Notes: a model not told the origin generated them from the sequence alone. A DNA stretch of 24,000 bases from Williamsia sp. Leaf354 (GCF_001424365.1 NZ_LMPL01000004.1:419831-443830); one strand, 5' to 3'. Shown: positions 1 to 8,394, numbered from the stretch's first letter. A program made the numbers and translations.

Positions 1-1405
1 CCATGCTGCTGATGTAGTAGAGGTCGCCCGAGGCGATCTCACCGATCACGTACAGGCCCGGGACCGCTGTGCCGCTCCGATCGAGCAGGGCGTTGCTGAT
101 GATGTCGACGCGCAGCCCGCCGTACGGGTTCGCCTGCGCCAGGCCGCGATAGAGCAACGAGGAGACCAGCGCCCCGGCGGCGGGCGACGGGGCACCGGCC
201 GCGGTGCGCGTGGCGTTGACCACGTGCGACACCGACGTACGACCACCGTCGCGGAAGTCGATGTCGAATCCACCTGCGGCGGGCTCGATCTCGGTGACCC
301 CGGAGCGGATGCTCAGCCGACCGTCGGCGACCATGGCCCCCAGGGCCGCCGCACTCTTCGCCGGCAGCGGATTCGACAACGCCTGGAACGACGCGTGGGT
401 GGTGGCGAGGAACTCCGCCCGCGCCCGCCGGGTCATGGCCGACCAGATCTCGTTGACGTAGTGCTGGGCGATGCCGATCACCAGACGCTGCACCGCGGCA
501 TCGACCGATCGCGTCGGGTCGGCGCCGTGCGCGAGGCGTTCGCCCGCGGGACGGGCGACGGCACCGAACGCGGCACGGACCTCGGAGCGCCGGATCCCCT
601 CCCCCAGAGCGAGATAGTCCACGATCTGCAGGACGTCCTGCCATGCGAGTCCACCGCGCTTGCGGGTGACCCGCAGGATCATCGCCGAGATGTCGGGGTC
701 GAAATCCAAGGGTGACACGATCGCTCGCGCATCGGGCACGATGCCGTTGCGGGAGCACATCGTGAAGTGACCCGCGAAGTCCCCACGGCCCAGCGCCAGC
801 GCCACATCGACAGCACTCAGACCGGTACCGACGACCGCCGCCGCGTCGGCCGTGGCGACCTCGCCGAGCCACCCGTCGATCGGGTAGGGATCGCCGGTGT
901 AGGACGGCAGTCCGGTGAGACGGTAGGGGTCGGCCGGCGGACTCGAGCCCAGTGCGAGGACGACCAGATCATGCGTGGCCTCGACGACCCCGCCGTCGGC
1001 CGATTCCACTGTGAGGCAGTAGGTCCCGGCGCGCAGTGCGATGTCGACGACACGGCCGGCCACGAAGGTGAGGTGGTCGCCGAGGTGCGCCTGGGCACTC
1101 TCGGCAGAGTCGGCGAGGTAGCGGCCGTAGAGCGCCCGCGGCACGAACGAGTGCTCGCCGTCGTCGAGATGTTCGGGTGCGTGGGCCGCGACCCACTCAC
1201 AGAACTCGTCGGGCCACGCGTCCGACACCGACATCGCGAACACCTGGCGGTTGAGCAGCGCCGAGTCGGCGGGCTCGGAGTAGGCCCGCCCGGGGCCCGG
1301 CGGCCGGTCGGCGTAGACGACGACATCGAGACGATCCCCGTGGGGCAGTTGACGGATCAGGCTGATCGCCGCCGCACCACCGCCCACGATTCCGATCGAG
1401 ATCAC
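1..1405 (-). CDS. FAD/NAD(P)-binding oxidoreductase (PF13454-like); its 3' end runs off the left edge
   Basis: Absent from the ORF track because there is no stop in the window. Hand translation from GTG at 1405..1403 gives VISIGIVGGGAAAISLIRQLPHGDRLDVVVYADRPPGPGRAYSEPADS..., an N-terminal GxGxxA dinucleotide-binding fold. A second Rossmann-like block reads ADAAAVVGTGLSAVDVALALG. The frame stays open to position 1 with high GC3. GGAG lies 6 nt upstream of the GTG. Confidence 0.7.
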   Translation of the reverse strand, partial: MISIGIVGGGAAAISLIRQLPHGDRLDVVVYADRPPGPGRAYSEPADSALLNRQVFAMSVSDAWPDEFCEWVAAHAPEHLDDGEHSFVPRALYGRYLADSAESAQAHLGDHLTFVAGRVVDIALRAGTYCLTVESADGGVVEATHDLVVLALGSSPPADPYRLTGLPSYTGDPYPIDGWLGEVATADAAAVVGTGLSAVDVALALGRGDFAGHFTMCSRNGIVPDARAIVSPLDFDPDISAMILRVTRKRGGLAWQDVLQIVDYLALGEGIRRSEVRAAFGAVARPAGERLAHGADPTRSVDAAVQRLVIGIAQHYVNEIWSAMTRRARAEFLATTHASFQALSNPLPAKSAAALGAMVADGRLSIRSGVTEIEPAAGGFDIDFRDGGRTSVSHVVNATRTAAGAPSPAAGALVSSLLYRGLAQANPYGGLRVDIISNALLDRSGTAVPGLYVIGEIASGDLYYISSM

Positions 1406-1548
1406 GCAGTGCTCCGCTTCTCTGGTCAAGTAGTTAGCCAGAGTAGTCAATCACCACGCGTCCGAATCGCACCAGATGTCGCGAAGGAGACCTTCGTTAC
1501 GTTGCGCGCCAAACCCATTAGCGTGCAGGCATTTCCGATCACCGAGGT

Positions 1549-1584
1549 CCGAAGGGTGCCGTTCACCGGCCCGACACCCTCCGG
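1549..1584 (-). terminator. Candidate stem-loop terminator downstream of actP
   Basis: ccgaagggtg (1549..1558) pairs with caccctccgg (1575..1584): a 10-bp stem with one mismatch and a 16-nt loop. It starts 8 nt past the actP stop. There is no U-tract. Confidence 0.35.
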
Positions 1585-1591
1585 CCACCGA

Positions 1592-3199
1592 TCAGTGCGA
1601 GACGGCCTTCTCGACGCCGACGCCGGTCAGCGAGCGCACCTCCATCTCGGCCTGGCGCGCGGCGTTCTCGCGTCGACGGCCACCGATGTACGTACCGATC
1701 ACGGCGAGCAGGAAGCCGGCCGGGATGGACACGATGCCCGGGTTCGACATCGGGAAGAGGTCGAAGTTCGCGTCGGGGAACATCGACGTCGGCTTACCCG
1801 ACACCGCAGGCGAGATCACGATCAGTCCGATGCAGGTGATCAGACCGCCGTAGATGCTGAACAGCGCCCCGGTGGTGTTGAACCGCTTCCAGAAGAGCGA
1901 GAACAGCAGCGTCGGCAGGTTTGCCGACGCTGCGACGGCGAACGCCAGGGCCACGAGGAACGCGATGTTCTGACCCATCGCGAGGATGCCGAGGACGATG
2001 GCGACGACACCGATCACCACCACCGTGATCCGCGAGACGCGTACCTGCTGCTCCTCGGTGGCCGTGCCTCGCTTGATGACGCTGGCGTAGATGTCGTGGG
2101 CGAACGACGCCGACGCGGTGATCGCGAGACCGGCAACGACGGCGAGGATGGTCGCGAAGGCGACCGCCGAGATCACCGCCAGGAAGATCGTCCCACCGAG
2201 CTCGAAGGCCAACAGCGGCGCTGCGGCGTTCTCCTTGCCCGGGGCGGCCTGGATGACGTCGGGTCCGACCATGCGGGCGGCGCCGTAGCCGAGCACCAGC
2301 GTGAACAGGTAGAACGCACCGATCAGACCGATGGCCCAGGTGACCGAGCGTCGGGCCTCCTTGGCCGTGGGCACGGTGTAGAAGCGCATCAGCACATGCG
2401 GAAGGCCGGCGGTGCCCAGGACGAGGGCGATGCCGAGGGAGATGAAGTCCAGCCGCGACATCGCGCTGATGCCGTACTTGGCGCCCGGCGCGAGGATGTC
2501 CTTGCTCGAGTTGGCCTGTGCGTCGGCGAGCAGCGTCGAGAAGTTGCCCTTCACCGCGACGAGCACGAGGACGAACATGACGCCGGCACCGAGGATGAGC
2601 AGGACGGCCTTCACCATCTGCACGTAGGTGGTGCCCTTCATGCCGCCGATGAGCACATAGGCGATCATCAGCAGTCCGACGACCGCGACCACGACGCCCT
2701 GGCCGAACTTGCCGTCGATGTTGAGCAGCAGCGACACCAGTCCCCCGGCCCCGGCCATCTGCGCGAGCAGATAGAACAGCGACACCGCCAGGGTCGACAG
2801 CGCGGCGGCCATGCGGACCGGCCGCTCGGAGAGACGGAAGCTCAACACGTCGGCCATGGTGAAGCGACCGGTGTTGCGCAGCAGTTCGGCGACGAGCAGC
2901 AGGGCGACCAGCCAGGCGACCAGGAAGCCGATGGAATAGAGGAAGCCGTCGTAGCCGTACACCGCGATGGCGCCGGCGATGCCGAGGAACGATGCGGCCG
3001 AGAGGTAGTCACCGGCGATCGCGAACCCGTTCTGCGGTCCGGAGAACTGTCCGCCTCCGGTGTAGAAGTCCGACGCCTTCTTGGTGGTGCGGCTCGCGCG
3101 GATCACGATGGTCATGGTGACCACCACGAACGCGGCGAAGATGGCGATGTTGAGTGCGGGGTTGCCCACCGACGCACCCGCTGCGGCGAGAGTGCTCAT
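1592..3199 (-). CDS. actP: Cation/acetate (monocarboxylate) symporter, sodium:solute symporter family (ActP/MctC-like)
   Basis: 535-aa ORF. The N-terminus ...KKASDFYTGGGQFSGPQNGFAIAGDYLSAASFLGIAGAIAVYGYDGF... and GLPHVLMRFYT are classic ActP/SSS blocks, and the protein is polytopic and hydrophobic. The ATG at 3199 overlaps the upstream DUF485 stop (ATGA). Confidence 0.9.
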   Translation of the reverse strand: MSTLAAAGASVGNPALNIAIFAAFVVVTMTIVIRASRTTKKASDFYTGGGQFSGPQNGFAIAGDYLSAASFLGIAGAIAVYGYDGFLYSIGFLVAWLVALLLVAELLRNTGRFTMADVLSFRLSERPVRMAAALSTLAVSLFYLLAQMAGAGGLVSLLLNIDGKFGQGVVVAVVGLLMIAYVLIGGMKGTTYVQMVKAVLLILGAGVMFVLVLVAVKGNFSTLLADAQANSSKDILAPGAKYGISAMSRLDFISLGIALVLGTAGLPHVLMRFYTVPTAKEARRSVTWAIGLIGAFYLFTLVLGYGAARMVGPDVIQAAPGKENAAAPLLAFELGGTIFLAVISAVAFATILAVVAGLAITASASFAHDIYASVIKRGTATEEQQVRVSRITVVVIGVVAIVLGILAMGQNIAFLVALAFAVAASANLPTLLFSLFWKRFNTTGALFSIYGGLITCIGLIVISPAVSGKPTSMFPDANFDLFPMSNPGIVSIPAGFLLAVIGTYIGGRRRENAARQAEMEVRSLTGVGVEKAVSH

Positions 3200-3570
3200 G
3201 CGGCAGGTCCTTCCAGCTCGTCACGGATGGCTGCGGCCCGCGGGTCGAGCTCGCGGTTGGCGAAACGTACATAGATCGCGGTGATCACGAAGGTCGACAC
3301 GAACTGCCCGAGGCCCAGGATGATGCCGAGGTTCACGTTGCCGAACACCTTCGTGGCCATGAAGTCCGCGGCGTAGGTCGCCAGCAGCACGTAGACCGCG
3401 TACCAGGCGAGAAAGAACCCGGTGATCGGGAAGACGAATGTGCGCAGACGCCGACGCAGCTCCTGGAACTCGGGGGTGGCCTGCATGTCGACGAAGGCCT
3501 GCGCGTCGGGGGTGCGCCGCGGCGCACCCGGGGCGTCGGACCCGTGGGGTTCGAGATCTGCTGCTGTCAT
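3196..3570 (-). CDS. DUF485 (YjcH-like) small inner-membrane protein, partner of ActP
   Basis: 124 aa with two predicted TM helices. It contains ...FQELRRRLRTFVFPITGFFLAWYAVYVLL... and ...TAIYVRFANRELD. There is a 4-nt ATGA overlap with actP, matching the conserved yjcH-actP arrangement. Confidence 0.85.
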   Translation of the reverse strand: MTAADLEPHGSDAPGAPRRTPDAQAFVDMQATPEFQELRRRLRTFVFPITGFFLAWYAVYVLLATYAADFMATKVFGNVNLGIILGLGQFVSTFVITAIYVRFANRELDPRAAAIRDELEGPAA

Positions 3571-3644
3571 GCGCAGACGGTAGCGAGACCCAGGTCACAT
3601 CAGTGGGTTGTGGGCACCGTCACACGGCGAGGGGTCGGGCTGTG

Positions 3645-3675
3645 CGACGAACGGTCGCCCGGGCACGACGAACGG
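3645..3675 (-). promoter_or_regulatory. Perfect 10-bp direct repeat with 21-bp phasing; candidate LytTR operator for the DUF485-actP promoter
   Basis: CGACGAACGG occurs at 3645..3654 and again at 3666..3675 (CCGTTCGTCG on the coding strand). The repeats lie in the 113-bp gap between the upstream SSS gene stop (3684) and the DUF485 start (3570). Confidence 0.4.
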
Positions 3676-3683
3676 CGGTTCGG

Positions 3684-5471
3684 TCACCCCTCGCCCGGCG
3701 TCCCGTCTCGCAGTCCGACCTCGCGGTCGCGGCCGACTCCGAGTCGTTCGGGGGCGTGCAGTCGGGTGAAGATGCGCCCGACATCGGCGGGGATGCGGGT
3801 CGGTGTCGCACGGGACACGACGATCATGGTGGCGAACGCGAGCGGGACGCTCAGTGCCGCCGGGTACCCCGCCAGCACCGACGGCCACCCGCCGGCCACG
3901 GTGTCGTCGAATCCGCCGAACGTGGTGGCGACGACGGCGGCGCCGGCCACCGATGCACCGACGAGGAGCCCGCTCACCGCCCCGACCGCGGTGAGCCCGC
4001 GCCACCAGATGCCCAGCACCAGAAGAGGGCAGAGGGTCGACGCCGCGACGGCGAACACCAGACCGACCGTGCGCGACAGGTCGACCGACGTCACGCCGAC
4101 GGCCATCACCACCGGCACCACCCCGGCCACGACCGACGCGATACGGAAGTCGCGCACGCGCCCGCCCAACACGTCGGTGCTCACCACCCCCGCGACGCTG
4201 ACGAGCAGACCCGACGACGTCGCGAGAAACGCGGCGATGGCGCCGGCGGCGACGAGCGCCGCGAGCAGCTGACCACCGATCCCCGACAGCACCGACCCCG
4301 GGAGCAGCAGCACCGCGGCATCGGAGGTGCCGGTGATGAGCAGTTGCGGGACGTAGAGGCGCGCGAACGCGCCGAGCACCGTCGGGAACAGGTAGAAGGC
4401 CGCGAGAAGGCCGACGACCGCCATCGATGTCACACGCGCCGAGCGGCCGTCGCGATTGGTGTAGAACCGCACCAGCACGTGCGGTAACCCCATGGTGCCC
4501 AAAAAGATCCCGATGATGAGCGAGTAGACCTGGAACAGCGGATGGGGTCCGCCGAACCCCCACCCCGGGCGCATCCAGTCGGCGTGGGTGGTGGGCGCAC
4601 CGGCCACCACCGGGACCGGCGATCCGGCGGCGAGGTCGAGCGAGGTGCCCGCCGACACCTCGTGCTCGCCGGGCTCGAGGAGTAGCGGCCCGGTCACCTC
4701 GGCACCGTCGATGCGGCCGTCGGCGCCGAGCTGTAGTGGCGTCGAGACCGTCACGCGGACGTCGGTGGTGACGTCGACCGTGGTCGCCGCGGTCACCACC
4801 GGCGGTGCCGCGGAGCCGAGATCTCCCGCTCGGCGGTCATCGGTGTAGAAGTGGATCGCGAGCGCCAGTGCCGGGATCGCGATGGCGGTCATCTTGAGCC
4901 AGTACTGGAACGCCTGCACGAAGGTGATCGAGCGCATGCCGCCACCGACGACGTTCGCGATGACGATGAGCCCGATCACGGTCGCCCCGATCCAGGGCGG
5001 TACCCCCAGCAGGATGTCGAGGGTGAGTCCGGCGCCCTGCAGCTGCGGCACGAGGTAGAGCACACAGATCAGCACCACCGATGCGGTGGCGACCGAGCGC
5101 AGTCGTCGTGAGCCGAGACGGAACTCGGCGAAGTCGGGGACGGTGTAGGCACCGGAACGGCGCAGGGGCGCCGCGACGAACAGGAGCAGACCGACGTAGC
5201 CCGCGGTGAACCCCACCGGATACCACAGCGCGTCGGCGCCGTACTTGGCGATCAGGCCCGCGACTCCGAGAAATGATGCCGCGGAAAGGTATTCACCCGA
5301 GATCGCCGCAGCGTTCCACCGTGACCCCACGCTGCGGGAGGCGACCAGGAAGTCACTGGTGGTCCGGGCAAGGCGCACGCCGTAGGCGCCGATCGCGACG
5401 GTCGCCACGGCGGCGGCGATCAGCGCGATCGCCGTCGCGACCGGTAGGGGGTGTCCGGCGATCGTCGTCAT
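3684..5471 (-). CDS. Sodium:solute symporter family transporter, ActP paralogue with a large inserted hydrophilic loop
   Basis: The track ORF 3684..5573 is trimmed to the ATG at 5471, 4 nt after the upstream gene's stop at 5476. The protein begins MTTIAGHPLPVATAIALIAA... and carries ...TTSDFLVASRSVGSRWNAAAISGEYLSAASFLGVAGLIAKYGADALWY... and GLPHVLVRFYT, paralleling ActP. Length is 595 aa. Confidence 0.85.
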   Translation of the reverse strand: MTTIAGHPLPVATAIALIAAAVATVAIGAYGVRLARTTSDFLVASRSVGSRWNAAAISGEYLSAASFLGVAGLIAKYGADALWYPVGFTAGYVGLLLFVAAPLRRSGAYTVPDFAEFRLGSRRLRSVATASVVLICVLYLVPQLQGAGLTLDILLGVPPWIGATVIGLIVIANVVGGGMRSITFVQAFQYWLKMTAIAIPALALAIHFYTDDRRAGDLGSAAPPVVTAATTVDVTTDVRVTVSTPLQLGADGRIDGAEVTGPLLLEPGEHEVSAGTSLDLAAGSPVPVVAGAPTTHADWMRPGWGFGGPHPLFQVYSLIIGIFLGTMGLPHVLVRFYTNRDGRSARVTSMAVVGLLAAFYLFPTVLGAFARLYVPQLLITGTSDAAVLLLPGSVLSGIGGQLLAALVAAGAIAAFLATSSGLLVSVAGVVSTDVLGGRVRDFRIASVVAGVVPVVMAVGVTSVDLSRTVGLVFAVAASTLCPLLVLGIWWRGLTAVGAVSGLLVGASVAGAAVVATTFGGFDDTVAGGWPSVLAGYPAALSVPLAFATMIVVSRATPTRIPADVGRIFTRLHAPERLGVGRDREVGLRDGTPGEG

Positions 5472-5475
5472 CGCC

Positions 5476-5853
5476 TCAGTCGTCGACGAGGTCGACGAAC
5501 TCCTGCTCGTTGCGGTCGGCGCGTCGGACGTAGAAGCGGCACGCGGCGAACAACACCGGGTACACGGCCACACCGAGTATCAGCCAGGGCAACCCGATGC
5601 CGGCGAGGCTGATGTCGGCGATCGACGGCACGAGGAGGAACAGGACCGGCAGCGCGGCGAGTGCCGTCGCGGCCACGCCACCCACGCGCAGGGCGAGTCC
5701 GAGCTGCGCACGGATCAGGCCGCGGACGAACGCGTCGCCGATCTCGGTCTGCTCCTGCACCTCCACGCGACTACGGACCCGTCGCGCGCCCCGTCGTTGC
5801 GCGAGGACGACACGTTCCCGCGGCGGCGGGCGTCGATCGCGCGGCGTGGTCAC
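5476..5853 (-). CDS. Small two-TM membrane protein, distant DUF485-like partner of the second symporter
   Basis: 125 aa with a GTG start. The N-terminus is Arg-rich, followed by two hydrophobic helices. The tail ...CRFYVRRADRNEQEF parallels ...AIYVRFANRELD of the DUF485 protein at 3196..3570. GTGA overlap with the response-regulator stop; 4-nt gap to the symporter start. Confidence 0.6.
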   Translation of the reverse strand: MTTPRDRRPPPRERVVLAQRRGARRVRSRVEVQEQTEIGDAFVRGLIRAQLGLALRVGGVAATALAALPVLFLLVPSIADISLAGIGLPWLILGVAVYPVLFAACRFYVRRADRNEQEFVDLVDD

Positions 5854-6674
5854 CGCGGCCCCGGCGAGCGGCCGCCGACGAGTCGGTCCTTCAGTTCGCG
5901 CGTGTGTCGTCGGCTGACCGGGAGTTCGACGCCCGGTGCGTCGCCGACCGGCCGCAGGCAGACCACGGTCTGCGATCCGGCGGTGCGGATACCGGTCACC
6001 GAGGGCAGGTGCACGAGGTACGAGCGGTGGACGCGGACGAATCCGGCGTGTTGCCAGCGATTCTCGAGTGTCGACAACGGTGTGCGCACGAGGTGGGCGT
6101 CGCGATCGGTGTGCAACCGGGCGTAGTCGCCGACCGCCTCGACCCAGCGCACATCCGACCGCGGCACCAGGGTGGTGATGCCGGCGATCTCCACCGCCAG
6201 CACCTCGTCGGCGTCGCGCCCGTGCGCCGGACCGGGTGCCGCCGACGGCGTCGCGCGATGGTCCACGACACGCCCGACGGCCTCGGCGAGGCGTTCGGTG
6301 CGCAGCGGTTTGAGCAGGTAGTCGACCGCGCCGAGGTCGAAGGCCCGCACCGCGCGGTCGTCGTGCGCGGTCACGAACACCACCGACGGCGGATCGGCGA
6401 ACGCGCCGAGCACCCGGGCGAGTTCGAGGCCGTCGAGTCCCGGCATGTTGATGTCGAGGAACACCGCGTCGATGGGTGTCGGGGAGTCGGTGATGAGCCG
6501 CAACGCGGTCGTGGCGTCGGAGGCGGTCAGCACCGTCGTCACCGGATCGGTCTGCATCAGCGCGAATTCGAGTTCGTCGAGTGCCGGGAGTTCGTCGTCG
6601 ACGGCGAGGACGGTCAGGCCACGACGCGGTGGCGGTGCGGAGAATTCGGGAATCTGGGTCACGACGGGAGCCAT
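5850..6674 (-). CDS. LytR/AlgR-family response regulator (REC + LytTR DNA-binding domain)
   Basis: The track ORF 5850..6740 is trimmed to the ATG at 6674, 7 nt after the kinase stop. REC motifs: LTVLAVDDELPAL, VFLDINMPGLDGLEL, DYLLKP. LytTR block: ...VRWVEAVGDYARLHTDRDAHLVRTPLSTLENRW...GFVRVHRSYLVHL. Confidence 0.9.
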   Translation of the reverse strand: MAPVVTQIPEFSAPPPRRGLTVLAVDDELPALDELEFALMQTDPVTTVLTASDATTALRLITDSPTPIDAVFLDINMPGLDGLELARVLGAFADPPSVVFVTAHDDRAVRAFDLGAVDYLLKPLRTERLAEAVGRVVDHRATPSAAPGPAHGRDADEVLAVEIAGITTLVPRSDVRWVEAVGDYARLHTDRDAHLVRTPLSTLENRWQHAGFVRVHRSYLVHLPSVTGIRTAGSQTVVCLRPVGDAPGVELPVSRRHTRELKDRLVGGRSPGPR

Positions 6675-6681
6675 GCTGCCA

Positions 6682-7869
6682 TCACACGGTGATCCCGGGG
6701 CGGAACTTCGGCACACGCATGCTGACCTTCGTGCCCGCACCCGGCGCGGTCTCCACGACGAGACCGTAGTCGTCGCCGAACGCGGCGCGCAGCCGGTCGT
6801 CGACGTTGGCGAGTCCGACGTGTGCGGTCTCGGCGGCGCCGGAGCCGGCCGCGGTCACCCCGTCGAGTCCGGACCGCAGCAGTTCGGGATCCATCCCGAC
6901 ACCGTCGTCCTCGACGCTGATGACGCAGTCCGCGCCCTCGTCGTCGGCGACGATGGTCACCGTTCCCCCGGTGGACGTGCCCGAGATGCCGTGACGGACG
7001 GCATTTTCGACGAGCGGCTGGAGGGCGAGGAACGGCAACACGACATTGAGCACCTCGGGGGCCACCTGCAGGCGCACGTCGAGGCTCTCGCCGAACCGCG
7101 CTCGTTCGAGGGTGAGGTAGCGGTCGATGTTGCGCAGCTCGTCGGCGAGCAGGGTGTACTCCCCCGCCGCGCGGAACGAGTAGCGGGTGAAGTCGGCGAA
7201 CTCGAGGATGAGTTCCCGCGCCCGCTCGGGATCGGTGCGGACGAACGACGCCACGGTGCTCAGCGCGTTGTAGATGAAGTGCGGACTGATCTGGGCACGC
7301 AGCGCGCGGACCTCGGCGCGGTCGAGTCGGGCGCGCGAGGCGTCGAGCTCGGCGAGCTGGATCTGACTGCCCGCGTACCTCGCGACGTCGGTGATCGCCG
7401 ACAGTGCACCGGGCCCGGGCGTGGTGCGGCTGACGACCCCGAGCACGCCGAGGACCTCGGTACCGGTGAGGGGTTCGACGACGAGTGCCCGGACACCGCT
7501 GTCACCGAGCCCCGAGGTGATGAGGATGCGCCGGCCGTCGGCCACGCAGCGGACCGCGGCGTCGGCGAACCGTGCCGTGAGGCCCTCGTGCGGACCGTCC
7601 CACACCAGCACCGTGCCGTCGGCATCGGCGACACCGACCGCGTCGGCGGCGGTCAGCGCACGCAGGTGCGGCGCGGCCAGCCCCGCCGACTCGGCGGTCA
7701 GTCCCTCTCGGAGCGGTGCGGCTGCCAGCGACGCGGTGTGCAGGGTGGCGTGCACCGCGCGTTCGGTGGGCGTGGTGAGGGTGGGTCGGGTGCGGGTCCG
7801 CAACACCACGACCGCCGTCGACACGATCAGGACGGCGACGATGACCACCACCCACGCGAGGGTGGACAT
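6682..7869 (-). CDS. LytS/YehU-type sensor histidine kinase (His_kinase PF06580 + HATPase_c) with one N-terminal TM helix and a GAF-like cytoplasmic region
   Basis: 395 aa. H-box QISPHFIYNALSTVASFV, N-box LQPLVENAVRHG, G-box VEDDGVGMD. The N-terminus MSTLAWVVVIVAVLIVSTAVVVLRTR is the only hydrophobic segment. Confidence 0.9.
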   Translation of the reverse strand: MSTLAWVVVIVAVLIVSTAVVVLRTRTRPTLTTPTERAVHATLHTASLAAAPLREGLTAESAGLAAPHLRALTAADAVGVADADGTVLVWDGPHEGLTARFADAAVRCVADGRRILITSGLGDSGVRALVVEPLTGTEVLGVLGVVSRTTPGPGALSAITDVARYAGSQIQLAELDASRARLDRAEVRALRAQISPHFIYNALSTVASFVRTDPERARELILEFADFTRYSFRAAGEYTLLADELRNIDRYLTLERARFGESLDVRLQVAPEVLNVVLPFLALQPLVENAVRHGISGTSTGGTVTIVADDEGADCVISVEDDGVGMDPELLRSGLDGVTAAGSGAAETAHVGLANVDDRLRAAFGDDYGLVVETAPGAGTKVSMRVPKFRPGITV

Positions 7870-7938
7870 CAGTGGTGGTGCGCCGGTCCGGTCATCGGGC
7901 CATCATCGCAGGCCACCGCCGCGCGGCGGGAGAGAACG

Positions 7939-8199
7939 TCAGCTGGCGCGCGCGAGCCACAGACGCTTGCGGCACACCGCGCGCATCTGCTCGGCCACGC
8001 GCGGCGGCAGGGCATCGGTGTTGCCGGAGTCGAGCTGGGACCGCAGACGGGTGAAGAACTCGACATCACCGAAACCGAACTCGGCGCGGATCGCCTCGGT
8101 GGGACCGCCACCCCGCTGGAACCAGCCCAGCTCGAACTGCACCAATCGGTCATCGCTGAATTCGCCGGTCGCCCGGCCGATCTCGGTGTCAACAGTCAT
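7939..8199 (-). CDS. Small conserved actinobacterial protein, DUF3263-like
   Basis: 86 aa, ATG start, good GC3. ...LVQFELGWFQRGGGPTEAIRAEFGFGDVEFFTRLRSQL... resembles my recollection of the DUF3263 pattern (ILdFErrWw..gaKE.aIre.FGls..rYyq.Ln.l). This is recalled, not searched. Confidence 0.55.
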   Translation of the reverse strand: MTVDTEIGRATGEFSDDRLVQFELGWFQRGGGPTEAIRAEFGFGDVEFFTRLRSQLDSGNTDALPPRVAEQMRAVCRKRLWLARAS

Positions 8200-8394
8200 T
8201 GTCGGTCACCCCGTTTCTTCGCGTCGCAGAGAGTGTGTCGATGCCACGCCCCCGCGTGGACAACCAGATCATTGTGCATGCGAACGGTGAGCCGCGCCAC
8301 CAATTCGCGCACCGGCGCGCCCAACTGTAGGGAACCCATGTGACACCGCACCGAACCCCGGGTGACGAATCGGCGCAGATGCCCCGAACACGAC

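Noticed and set aside
1406-1460. AT-richer patch upstream of the oxidoreductase, with CTCTGG/CCAGAG inverted hexamers and two AGTAGT copies.
   Set aside because: The repeats are short and imperfect with irregular spacing. This is plausibly just promoter and 5'-UTR sequence, and there is not enough structure to call an operator.
767-3274. 835-aa plus-strand ORF spanning the oxidoreductase and actP regions. Similar giant ORFs: 6445..8343 (+), 9902..11071 (+), 11133..12398 (+), 12747..14117 (+), 17017..19764 (-), 19602..20879 (+), 21369..22400 (+).
   Set aside because: These are Arg/Gly/Asp/His-rich, low-complexity translations lying antisense to or out of frame with genes that carry unmistakable family motifs. 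Such shadow ORFs are typical of high-GC DNA and show no recognisable domains.
5472-5573. N-terminal extensions offered by the ORF track: symporter to 5573, response regulator to 6740, mprA to 15006, GNAT-like to 17011.
   Set aside because: Each extension overlaps the upstream gene or an intergenic control region and has a Cys/Arg/Ser-rich composition. The conserved domain begins at an internal start that abuts or overlaps the preceding stop codon.
8279-8375. GAACGGT and GACGAATCGGCG strings resembling the 3645..3675 repeat, upstream of the DUF3263-like and kinase genes.
   Set aside because: They are single, imperfect copies about 80 bp apart without the 21-bp phasing, which is consistent with chance in GC-rich sequence.
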